From positions 59,131-123,130 of the forward strand of contig JAZLAU010000023.1 of assembly GCA_045613305.1 (NCBI GenBank): DNA of 64,000 nt, in the 5' to 3' direction. Positions 55,848 through 64,000 of this stretch are shown one piece after another (positions within the stretch are counted from its first letter, which is position 1; each line of letters starts with the position of its first letter). The notes beneath the pieces were generated by a model, which saw only the letters and a program-made list of their open reading frames with translations, had not been told where the DNA came from and did not search any database. Source of the DNA: Muribaculaceae bacterium. Lineage in GTDB: Bacteria; Bacteroidota; Bacteroidia; Bacteroidales; Muribaculaceae. The position numbers and the translations under genes are program-made.

Positions 55848-57167
55848 TTGCTACTAAAGAAAATTTCCGAAAAAGTGAATGAACCATTAGCAGAAAGAAT
55901 GCGTCCGCGGACGCTTGACGGATACATAGGACAAAAACATTTGGTGGGGGAAGGAGCCATAATCCGCCGAATGATAGAGTCGGGCAACATATCTTCGTTT
56001 ATCTTGTGGGGCCCTCCTGGAGTTGGGAAAACCACCTTGGCAAAGATAATAGCAGAGCAGATAAAGGTGCCATTTTATACACTCTCGGCCGTAACATCGG
56101 GGGTGAAGGATGTTCGTGACCTCTTGGAAAGATGCGCTCACGATGCTCGAAGTGTGTTTTCGAACGGACGCCCTGTGCTGTTTATTGATGAAATACACCG
56201 ATTCAATAAGTCGCAACAGGATTCTCTTCTTGCGGCAGTGGAAAATGGCACAGTAACTCTAATCGGGGCAACTACAGAAAATCCTTCGTTTGAGGTTATA
56301 AGGCCGTTGCTTTCGCGAGCACAGGTGTATGTTTTAAAACCACTGGAAAAAGAAGATTTGCTTGATTTGCTCAACCGAGCAATTGCTACCGATGCGCTTT
56401 TGAAGACAAAAGACGTGAAGGTGGAGGAAACCGAGGCGCTTCTGCGCTTTGCCGGAGGAGATGCACGCAAGTTGCTTAATATTATTGACATAATGGTGCA
56501 GTCGCTTAAAGAAGATGAGCCGTTTGTGATAAATGATGAACTGGTGACGGTGCGCCTGCAACAGAATCCTATGGCTTTTGACAAGGACGGCGAAATGCAC
56601 TATGATATAATCTCAGCATTTATAAAGTCGATAAGAGGAAGTGACCCAGATGCGGCAATATATTGGTTGGCTCGTTTAGTTGCCGGCGGCGAGGACCCTA
56701 AGTTCATAGCTCGCCGATTGGTAATCTCGGCAAGCGAGGACATTGGATTGGCAAATCCGAATGCTTTGTTGTTGGCAAATGCCACATTCGACGCAATCCA
56801 GAAAATAGGTTGGCCCGAAGGTCGCATTCCATTGGCGGAATGTACGGTGTATTTGGCAACATCGCCAAAGAGCAATTCGGCATATATGGCAATTAATAGC
56901 GCACTTCAGTTTGTTGAGCAAACTGGTAATTTGCCGGTGCCTTTGCATTTGAGAAATGCCCCTACGAAACTCATGTCGCAGATGGGTTATGGCAGTGGAT
57001 ACAAGTATGCGCATGATTATCCTGGCAATTTTGTACGACAAGAGTTTATGCCTCGTGAAGTAGGCCATCAAGCTTTTTGGCAGGCGTGTGGCAACCCACA
57101 AGAGCAAAAAATGAAAGAGCGAATGGATGAATTGTGGGGAAGGACCGGACAAAATGAGAAGAAATAG
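55848..57167 (+). CDS. rarA: replication-associated recombination protein A (MgsA/RarA AAA+ ATPase)
   Basis: ...PLAERMRPRTLDGYIGQKHL..., Walker A GPPGVGKTT, ...FIDEIHRFNKSQQD..., ...YDIISAFIKSIRGSDPDAAIYWLARL..., ...HLRNAPTKLM... Confidence 0.93.
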   Translation: MLLKKISEKVNEPLAERMRPRTLDGYIGQKHLVGEGAIIRRMIESGNISSFILWGPPGVGKTTLAKIIAEQIKVPFYTLSAVTSGVKDVRDLLERCAHDARSVFSNGRPVLFIDEIHRFNKSQQDSLLAAVENGTVTLIGATTENPSFEVIRPLLSRAQVYVLKPLEKEDLLDLLNRAIATDALLKTKDVKVEETEALLRFAGGDARKLLNIIDIMVQSLKEDEPFVINDELVTVRLQQNPMAFDKDGEMHYDIISAFIKSIRGSDPDAAIYWLARLVAGGEDPKFIARRLVISASEDIGLANPNALLLANATFDAIQKIGWPEGRIPLAECTVYLATSPKSNSAYMAINSALQFVEQTGNLPVPLHLRNAPTKLMSQMGYGSGYKYAHDYPGNFVRQEFMPREVGHQAFWQACGNPQEQKMKERMDELWGRTGQNEKK

Positions 57168-57242
57168 AAAAAATTACGTTTTTTAAGCAAATGCGACCTT
57201 TAGACCAATGAAAATGTAAAAATAACTAAAGGGGCGAAAAAA

Positions 57243-57274
57243 GTTGTTTGCTATTGGTATTTTATGTAATTTTG
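57243..57274 (+). promoter_or_regulatory. candidate promoter of etfB-etfA-acd
   Basis: GTTG, a 20-nt spacer, then TAATTTTG, about 90 nt upstream of ATG 57367. Confidence 0.4.
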
Positions 57275-57366
57275 CAGTCAGGTAATGAGAATGTTATATA
57301 CAAAGTATATATGTTCCACAAAGAATTGTAAATTTTTATTATTAAATCTAAATATTTCACGAAATT

Positions 57367-58239
57367 ATGAGTTTAAACATTGTAGTTTTGGCCAAGCAAG
57401 TGCCAGACACTCGTAATGTAGGCAAAGATGCAATGAAGGCCGATGGCACAATTAACCGTGCTGCGCTTCCAGCGATCTTCAATCCTGAAGACTTAAATGC
57501 ATTAGAACAAGCCTTGCAATTGAAAGATAAGAATCCAGGATCGACAATCACATTATTGACAATGGGTTTGCCAAAGGCGGCAGAAATTATCCGCGAAAGC
57601 CTTTACAGAGGTGCAGATACTGGAATTGTGTTGACAGACAGAGCTTTAGCCGGAGCTGATACGTTGGCAACATCGTATGCATTGGCTACAGCAATAAAGC
57701 ACATGGGCAAGTGCGACATCATTTTTGGTGGTCGTCAAGCTATTGATGGCGATACTGCGCAAGTAGGTCCTCAAGTGGCCGAAAAGTTGGGATTGCCTCA
57801 AGTAACGTATGCAGAACATGTAGATGTAGTTGATGGTAAGGCAATAGTTACTCGCCGCTTGGAATCGGGTGTTGAAACAGTAGAATGTCCGTTGCCATTA
57901 GTGGTTACAGTAAACGGAAGTGCAGACGCATGCCGTCCACGTAATGCACGCTTGATTCAAAAATATAAATATGCTGTGACACCAAGTGAAAAGGCTACAT
58001 TGTCGGAAGATAAACTTAAGTTGGTGGAAATGCGTCCGTTCTTGAATTTGAAAGAGTGGAGCGCAGCTGAAATTGAAGCAGATTTAGAACAATGCGGTTT
58101 GGCAGGTTCGCCAACAAAGGTAAAGACTGTTGTAAATGTTGTGTTTGCTGCTAAGGAAAGCAAAGTTATTGATGGTAATGATGAGGCTGGTCTTGAAGAA
58201 TTGATTCAAGGCTTAATAGCAGAACATACAATTGGTTAA
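57367..58239 (+). CDS. etfB: electron transfer flavoprotein, beta subunit
   Basis: MSLNIVVLAKQVPDTRNV..., ...NPEDLNALEQAL..., ...GRQAIDGDTAQVGPQVAEKLGLPQ... Confidence 0.92.
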   Translation: MSLNIVVLAKQVPDTRNVGKDAMKADGTINRAALPAIFNPEDLNALEQALQLKDKNPGSTITLLTMGLPKAAEIIRESLYRGADTGIVLTDRALAGADTLATSYALATAIKHMGKCDIIFGGRQAIDGDTAQVGPQVAEKLGLPQVTYAEHVDVVDGKAIVTRRLESGVETVECPLPLVVTVNGSADACRPRNARLIQKYKYAVTPSEKATLSEDKLKLVEMRPFLNLKEWSAAEIEADLEQCGLAGSPTKVKTVVNVVFAAKESKVIDGNDEAGLEELIQGLIAEHTIG

Positions 58240-58267
58240 TAGTAACAATTTCAAAAATATTCAAAAG

Positions 58268-59299
58268 ATGACAGACGTTAATAATTTAATAGTATATTGC
58301 GAATACGACGAAGGCAAGGTTGCTGATGTTAGTTTGGAATTGCTTACAAAAGGCCGTAAATTGGCAACAGAGTTAGGCGTAAAGCTTGAAGCAGTAGTAA
58401 TAGGCGACAAGCTCGAAGGCATTGAAAATCAAGTTTTCCCATATGGCGTAGATGTTGTTTACAAGGTTGAGGATTCACGCTTGTACCCATACACATCACT
58501 TCCACACTCATCAATTGTGATAAATCTGTTCAGAGAAATCAAGCCACAAATCTGCTTGATGGGAGCAACAACAATAGGTAGAGACTTGGGCCCACGCGTT
58601 TCATCATGTTTGCATAGCGGTTTGACAGCCGATTGTACGTCGCTTGAAATTGGTGGTCACACAGACCCAAAAACAGGCAAGAACTATGAAAACTTGTTGT
58701 ATCAGATTCGTCCAGCATTTGGCGGTAATATTGTTGCAACTATCGTAAACCCAGATTGCCGTCCACAAATGGCAACAGTTCGCGAAGGTGTGATGAAGAA
58801 AGAAGTGCTTGATGAAAACTATAAGGGAGAAGTGGTAAATCTTGACGCAGAAAAGTATTTGGATGCAGATAGCTTTATCGTAAAGATTATCGACCGCCAT
58901 GTTGAAAAGTCGAAAGTGAACATTAAGAATTCATCGATTATTGTAGCCGGTGGTTATGGCATGGGCAGCAAGGAAGGATTTGATATGTTGTTTGACTTGG
59001 CAAACACATTAGGCGCAGAAGTTGGAGCATCGCGTGCAGCAATCGACGCAGGATTCTGCAAGGATAAAGAACGCCAAATTGGTCAAACAGGTGTGACTGT
59101 TCGTCCAAAGCTATATATAGCATGTGGTATTTCGGGCCAAATTCAGCACATCGCCGGCATGCAAGAAAGTGCAATCGTTATTTCAATTAACAACGATCCA
59201 AATGCACCAATTAATGCAATTGCTGATTATGTGATAAATGGCGATGTGGAACAAGTGATACCACGCCTAATAAAGTATTATAAAAAGAACTCAAAGTAA
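58268..59299 (+). CDS. etfA: electron transfer flavoprotein, alpha subunit
   Basis: ...IVAGGYGMGSKEGF..., ...GASRAAIDAGF....QIGQTG..V.PKLYIACGISGQIQH..G... is the FAD-binding signature. The start was set at ATG 58268. Confidence 0.92.
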   Translation: MTDVNNLIVYCEYDEGKVADVSLELLTKGRKLATELGVKLEAVVIGDKLEGIENQVFPYGVDVVYKVEDSRLYPYTSLPHSSIVINLFREIKPQICLMGATTIGRDLGPRVSSCLHSGLTADCTSLEIGGHTDPKTGKNYENLLYQIRPAFGGNIVATIVNPDCRPQMATVREGVMKKEVLDENYKGEVVNLDAEKYLDADSFIVKIIDRHVEKSKVNIKNSSIIVAGGYGMGSKEGFDMLFDLANTLGAEVGASRAAIDAGFCKDKERQIGQTGVTVRPKLYIACGISGQIQHIAGMQESAIVISINNDPNAPINAIADYVINGDVEQVIPRLIKYYKKNSK

Positions 59300-59310
59300 A
59301 GAAATAAGAA

Positions 59311-61017
59311 ATGGCAAATTTTTATACCGATAATAAGGCGCTTCAATATCATCTAAATCATCCGTTGATGAAGAGAATCGTTGCGCTAAAGGAACGCGAC
59401 TATGCAGATTGCGAAAAGTATGACTATGCACCAATGAACTTTGAAGATGCAATAGATTCATACGAAAAAGTTCTTGAAATAGCAGGTGAATTGGCAGCGG
59501 AAGTGATTGCCCCTAATGCAGAATCGGTTGATGCAGAAGGTCCACACGTAATCGATGGCCATGTTAAATATGCAGAAGGAACACAAAAGAATCTTGATGC
59601 AATCAATAAGGCAGGTTTGATGGGCATTTCATTGCCACGCCGTTATAATGGTTTGAATTTTTCGATTGTTCCATACATTATGGCTAACGATATTGTGAGC
59701 CGTGCAGATGCAGGATTTGAAAACGTATGGGGTTTGCAAGATTGCGCTGAAACTATCTATGAGTTTGCAGACGAAGACCAAAAGATGCGTTATTTGACTC
59801 GTGTGAGCGCAGGTGAAACAATGGCAATGGACCTTACAGAGCCAGATGCAGGTAGCGACTTGCAAGCTGTAATGCTTAAGGCAACATATTGCGAAGAAGA
59901 TGGCACATGGCGATTGAATGGTGTGAAGCGTTTCATCACTAATGGCGATGCTCACATTTCGCTTGTTCTTGCTCGTTCGGAAGAAGGCACAAAGGACGGC
60001 CGTGGATTGTCGATGTTCATCTATGACCGCAACGATGGTGGCGTAATAGTACGACGCATAGAACATAAATTAGGTATCAAGGGCAGCCCAACTTGTGAAC
60101 TTGTTTTTAAGAATGCTAAGGCTGAATTGGTTGGCTCACGAAAGTTAGGCCTAATAAAGTATGTGATGGCGTTGATGAACTGTGCTCGTTTGGGTATTGC
60201 TTCACAATCGGTAGGTATTAGCGAAGCTGCATATCGCGAAGCTGTAGCCTATGCAAACGACCGTAAGCAATTCGGTAAGGCTATTATCGAATTCCCAGCA
60301 GTGGCAGAAATGATTGCAAATATTAAGGCGAAACTTGATGCATCTCGCGCATTGCTATATGAAACTGCTCGCTTTGTGGATATGACAAAGATTTTGGAAG
60401 ATATCTCACGTGAGCGTACGTTGACACCAGAAGAACGTGCTGAAATGAAGGCATATTCTCGTTTGGCTACTGCATACACACCACTAACTAAGGGCATGGG
60501 CAGTGAATTCTGTAACCAAAATGCATATGATTGTCTTCAAGTGCATGGCGGTAGCGGTTTCATGAAGGATTATGCTTGTGAACGTATATATCGTGATGCT
60601 CGTATTACTTCAATCTATGAAGGTACGACTCAACTTCAGGTGGTTGCTGCAATTGGTAATGTTACTAAGGGCGTGTATGGCGACCAAATGAAGGCGTATG
60701 CTGCTGAAGAAGTGAGCGAAGATATGAAACCATTGCAAGCAAGAGTGAATGCTATGGCTGAACAATATTTTGACATTGTTTCTAAGATTGATACTGCCAA
60801 TAAGGAATATTTTGAACTTCAGGCACGTCGTCTTGTGGAAATTGCAGGTCATACAATCATGGCATACCTTTTGGTTAACGATGCTTCAAAGGCTCCAGAA
60901 TTGTTTGCTGACAGTGCTAAGGTGTATGTAAACTATGCTGAAGGCGAAGTGGCTAAGAATATGCGTATGCTTAACAGCATTGTTGCTGAAGACCTAAACG
61001 CTTACGGAATCAAATAA
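59311..61017 (+). CDS. acyl-CoA dehydrogenase, long form with extra C-terminal helical domain
   Basis: 568 aa. ...MAMDLTEPDAGSDL..., ...GVKRFITNGD..., ...QVHGGSGFMKDYACERIYRDARITSIYEGTTQLQ... are ACAD signatures. It is immediately downstream of etfBA. Confidence 0.9.
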   Translation: MANFYTDNKALQYHLNHPLMKRIVALKERDYADCEKYDYAPMNFEDAIDSYEKVLEIAGELAAEVIAPNAESVDAEGPHVIDGHVKYAEGTQKNLDAINKAGLMGISLPRRYNGLNFSIVPYIMANDIVSRADAGFENVWGLQDCAETIYEFADEDQKMRYLTRVSAGETMAMDLTEPDAGSDLQAVMLKATYCEEDGTWRLNGVKRFITNGDAHISLVLARSEEGTKDGRGLSMFIYDRNDGGVIVRRIEHKLGIKGSPTCELVFKNAKAELVGSRKLGLIKYVMALMNCARLGIASQSVGISEAAYREAVAYANDRKQFGKAIIEFPAVAEMIANIKAKLDASRALLYETARFVDMTKILEDISRERTLTPEERAEMKAYSRLATAYTPLTKGMGSEFCNQNAYDCLQVHGGSGFMKDYACERIYRDARITSIYEGTTQLQVVAAIGNVTKGVYGDQMKAYAAEEVSEDMKPLQARVNAMAEQYFDIVSKIDTANKEYFELQARRLVEIAGHTIMAYLLVNDASKAPELFADSAKVYVNYAEGEVAKNMRMLNSIVAEDLNAYGIK

Positions 61018-61045
61018 AGAAACTATTGATTTTTAATTATAGCGA

Positions 61046-61079
61046 AATGAGGGGTATGTTAAGTGTCCCTCATTTTTTT
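61046..61079 (+). terminator. intrinsic terminator after the acyl-CoA dehydrogenase gene
   Basis: AATGAGGG, a 13-nt loop, then CCCTCATT, followed by T7. Confidence 0.7.
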
Positions 61080-61195
61080 ATATTATATAGAAGCATTTGC
61101 AAATTTTCGGTTAATAAAATGTCATTTGCCATAGGGTTGTTGGCAGGTTATTAATCTTTCACAAAAAATAGGATGCAGTAATGAGAATTATTGTG

Positions 61196-61203
61196 TAAAT
61201 TTG
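61196..61203 (+). promoter_or_regulatory. -7 box (TAAATTTG) of the DPP-IV gene
   Basis: The motif ends 36 nt upstream of ATG 61240. It lies inside the track's false N-terminal extension. Confidence 0.4.
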
Positions 61204-61239
61204 TTGAGAATACGATATAATGAAATACATATATATAAA

Positions 61240-63417
61240 ATGAAAAGAATAAACAGAATTTTGCTTCTAATAGTGGCATTTGTGGCATCGGTGTTTGCGA
61301 CCGCAGAGGCATTTACTATGCGTGACGCCGTATTATGGCAAGGAAAGAAAGGTATTGGTTCGGTTACTCCTTCAGTAGATGGTGTAAGTTACTATCAGAT
61401 GCGAGGAGCATCAAAAATTGTGAAGGTGGATTATAAGACTGGCGCAGAAACTGTGGTGTTTGATTCGTCAACTGCCCGTGATTGTGAAATTTCACAATGG
61501 AATGGTTTTGAATTGTCGCCAGATGAATCAAAGATTCTTCTCTATGTAAATTATGAGCCAATCTATCGCCATTCGTTTAGGGCAGACTATTATGTTTATG
61601 AAATTCGCCACAATAAGTTGTCGAAGTTGAGTAATGCCGGAAGGGAAGAAATAGCAACATTCTCGCCCGATGGTAGAATGGTGGCATATGTTCATCAAAA
61701 CAACATTTATATTAAAAAACTTGATTATGGCAGTGAAGTGGCAGTGACCACCGACGGCAAAATAAATCAAGTGATTAATGGTGTGCCTGATTGGGTATAC
61801 CAAGAAGAATTTGGTTTGCTTAATTCATTAGCATGGGCACCCGATAACTTGACTTTGTCGTTTATTCGTTGGGATGAATCGGAGGTGCCAATGTACTCGA
61901 TGCAGATGTATAATGGTGCATGTAACCCAATTAAGGGCAATGAGTTGTATCCAAGTGCATATGAATATAAGTATCCAAAAGCAGGTGAGGCAAATTCAAA
62001 GGTGAGCGTGATTAGTTATGACGTTGAGAATCGCACTCTAAAAACCATGAAGGTGCCAATGAATAGCGATGATTATATACCTAAAATTGTGTATGGAAAA
62101 ACACCAGAACGCTTGATGGTGACAAAATTAAATCGTCATCAAAATGAGATTACTCTTTATGCTGTAAATCCACGCTCAACAGTGGCGAAGTCGATTTATA
62201 CAGAAAAGAGCAGCTCTTGGTTAGATTATTCGATGGTGACAGAGGCTGTTTATTATGACGATTTCTTTATTATAAGAAGCGAAAAGAGTGGATGGACTCA
62301 CTTGTATCAATATTCAAATAGCGGTTCGTTGATGAAGCAATTAACCACAGGTAATTGGAACGTGACTGCGTATTATGGCTATGATGCATTGAAGAGAACT
62401 TTCTATTTCCAAACAACTCAAGTCAGCCCGCTCGACCGCACAATTTCAAAAGTTGACGCAAAGGGAGTTGTGACTCCTATTGTTAAAGGTGCAGGCACAT
62501 ATTCTGCAATATTTAGCAAAGACATGAAGCATTATATACAGAACTTCTGTGACGCAACAACACCAAATCAGTATAGGGTTATAAGTGTTGCAAATGGCAA
62601 GACTGTAAGAGATTTGGAACTTAATGAGCAGTATGCAGCGAAATACACTGCTGTGGATATACCGAAGCGCGAGTTCTTCCAATTTCAGAGCGAGGGTCAT
62701 ATGCTAAATGGTTATATGATTAAGCCTTTGGATTTCAATCCAAATAAGAAGTATCCTGTGATTATGTCGCAATACAGTGGCCCGGGTTCACAACAAGTGT
62801 TAAACAATTGGAAGGTTGATTGGGAGGAATATTTTGCAACACAGGGTTATGTGGTGGTTTGTGTAGATGGTAGAGGAACAGGAAACCGAGGTAAGGAATT
62901 TGAATCGGTGGTGTATATGAAACTCGGCTATTATGAAACAATCGACCAAATTGCAGCAGCAAATTATATGGCCAAGCAATCATTTGTAGATGCTAACAAG
63001 ATAGGTATTTGGGGATGGAGCTTTGGCGGTTATGAAGTGCTAATGGCAATGTCGCAATTAAATAGTCCGTATGCAGTAGGTGTGGCAATTGCGCCTGTTA
63101 CAGATTGGCGATTCTACGACACAATATATGCAGAGCGATTCATGCGCACGCCTAACGAAAACGAAAACGGATATAATGAAGGTTCTCCACTTAAGCGAGT
63201 GAAACTTCAAAAGGGTAACTTGCTTATAATGTCGGGCACGGCCGATGATAATGTCCACATTACAAACACTTACCAATATGCAGCTGAAATGACGCAACAA
63301 GGTAAATTGTTTGACATGATGGTGTATCTAAATATGAATCACTCGATTAACGGTTGTGAAACACGTTTGCCATTGTATAATAAGGTTCTTGATTTCTTTA
63401 ATAGAAATTTGAAATAA
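61240..63417 (+). CDS. dipeptidyl-peptidase IV (S9B prolyl oligopeptidase family)
   Basis: Signal MKRINRILLLIVAFVASVFATAEA. There is a DPPIV N-terminal beta-propeller (...VPDWVYQEEF...), a catalytic Ser motif IWGWSFGGYE, ...GTADDNVH... and ...NHSI... The start was set at ATG 61240. Confidence 0.9.
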   Translation: MKRINRILLLIVAFVASVFATAEAFTMRDAVLWQGKKGIGSVTPSVDGVSYYQMRGASKIVKVDYKTGAETVVFDSSTARDCEISQWNGFELSPDESKILLYVNYEPIYRHSFRADYYVYEIRHNKLSKLSNAGREEIATFSPDGRMVAYVHQNNIYIKKLDYGSEVAVTTDGKINQVINGVPDWVYQEEFGLLNSLAWAPDNLTLSFIRWDESEVPMYSMQMYNGACNPIKGNELYPSAYEYKYPKAGEANSKVSVISYDVENRTLKTMKVPMNSDDYIPKIVYGKTPERLMVTKLNRHQNEITLYAVNPRSTVAKSIYTEKSSSWLDYSMVTEAVYYDDFFIIRSEKSGWTHLYQYSNSGSLMKQLTTGNWNVTAYYGYDALKRTFYFQTTQVSPLDRTISKVDAKGVVTPIVKGAGTYSAIFSKDMKHYIQNFCDATTPNQYRVISVANGKTVRDLELNEQYAAKYTAVDIPKREFFQFQSEGHMLNGYMIKPLDFNPNKKYPVIMSQYSGPGSQQVLNNWKVDWEEYFATQGYVVVCVDGRGTGNRGKEFESVVYMKLGYYETIDQIAAANYMAKQSFVDANKIGIWGWSFGGYEVLMAMSQLNSPYAVGVAIAPVTDWRFYDTIYAERFMRTPNENENGYNEGSPLKRVKLQKGNLLIMSGTADDNVHITNTYQYAAEMTQQGKLFDMMVYLNMNHSINGCETRLPLYNKVLDFFNRNLK

Positions 63418-63426
63418 TCTGTTTTG

Positions 63427-64000
63427 ATGCAAGTAGACGATACATTATACGTTATAACAGGGCCAACGGCGTCGGGGAAAACCTCGAAAGCCGTTGCTTT
63501 GGCACGCGCAATAGGGGCAGAAATCATCAGCGCCGATTCTCGACAGATTTACAGAGGAATGGACCTCGGGACTGGAAAAGATTTGGCTGATTATGGTGAG
63601 GTGCCATATCACTTGATTGATATTTGTGATGCAGGTTATAAATATAATCTTTATGAGTTTTTGCGAGATTATAAAATTGCGTATAATGAGATAATAAGCC
63701 GAGGTAAAAAGGTTGTGCTGTGTGGCGGAACTGGACTTTATGTGGAGAGTGTGCTCAAAGGAATTGAATTGCCTGAAGTTCCTCAAAATATAGAGTTGAG
63801 GAAGAGTCTTGAGGGCAAGTCGCTTGAAGAGTTGACGCATATATTGAGCGAGATGAAAAATCTACATAATAGTACGGATGTGGACAACTGCAAGCGCGCT
63901 ATCAGGGCAATAGAAATACAAACATATTATCAGCAAAATCCGCATTTAGAGGTGGCTACAAAGCCTCATCCTGTTGAGAATGCTTTAGTGATAGGAGTAG
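63427..64000 (+). CDS. miaA: tRNA dimethylallyltransferase, N-terminal part; the gene continues beyond the right window edge
   Basis: Absent from the track because there is no stop inside the window. My translation reads MQVDDTLYVITGPTASGKTSKAVALARAIGAEIISADSRQIYRGMDLGTGKD...HLIDI..., which has the P-loop and the DSRQ(I/V)YRGMDIGT motif of MiaA. Confidence 0.9.
   Translation, partial: MQVDDTLYVITGPTASGKTSKAVALARAIGAEIISADSRQIYRGMDLGTGKDLADYGEVPYHLIDICDAGYKYNLYEFLRDYKIAYNEIISRGKKVVLCGGTGLYVESVLKGIELPEVPQNIELRKSLEGKSLEELTHILSEMKNLHNSTDVDNCKRAIRAIEIQTYYQQNPHLEVATKPHPVENALVIGV

Noticed and set aside
57367-61017. etfB-etfA-acyl-CoA dehydrogenase as something unusual (a possible electron-bifurcating complex).
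   Set aside because: This is a standard conserved Bacteroidales arrangement. Bifurcating versus non-bifurcating Etf cannot be decided by eye from the sequence.
1-64000. Search for CRISPR arrays, transposases, integrases, phage modules, toxin-antitoxin pairs, restriction-modification or other defence genes, and inverted repeats flanking the larger spacers (invertible promoters).
   Set aside because: No direct-repeat/spacer array and no recombinase-like ORF was seen. Every ORF over 100 aa that I accept has a housekeeping or envelope assignment or is a lone hypothetical. I found no convincing inverted-repeat pairs flanking 21127..21493, 23395..23773, 27305..27612 or 35455..35811.

Overview
This window is a chromosomal, housekeeping-dominated stretch from a member of the Bacteroidota, most likely Bacteroidales. 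The assignment rests on four things read from the sequence. TAnnTTTG '-7' promoter boxes precede many genes, some with TTTG/TTG 19-20 nt upstream. No Shine-Dalgarno sequences are evident. There is a T9SS-type C-terminal sorting domain and a lipidated Omp85 (TamL-type) next to TamB. The gene content also fits: rplM-rpsI-rpsB-tsf, ackA-pta, etfB-etfA-acd, DPP-IV, LptF/G and ApbE. I call 50 protein-coding genes, one tRNA-Leu(UAG), 16 intrinsic terminators and a set of candidate promoters and leaders. Two of the genes run off the window edges and are missing from the supplied ORF track: an SSF symporter at 1..1139(-) and miaA at 63427..64000(+). Several track ORFs carry false N-terminal extensions, and start codons were re-set where the sequence supports it. 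I saw no CRISPR array, transposase, integrase, phage, toxin-antitoxin or recognisable defence genes, and I could not find a convincing previously undescribed multi-gene system. I judge this to be an ordinary core region. The observations most worth a second look are these:
- A hidden 56-codon CxxC...CxxC zinc-ribbon ORF is coupled by an ATGA overlap to nhaC.
- A tight terminator-bounded five-gene unit joins tamB and a tamL-like gene to three secreted proteins of unclear function, one of them a T9SS cargo.
- Two tandem FdtA-like cupins, one with the second catalytic His replaced by Phe, sit next to a DegT aminotransferase.
- A 102-nt completely C-free tract lies in an orphan spacer between two convergent terminators.
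- Structured leaders precede rpsB and rplM.
- Promoter boxes almost abut the start codons of mutS2 and nhaC.
All functional calls come from motif recognition by eye; no database search was possible.
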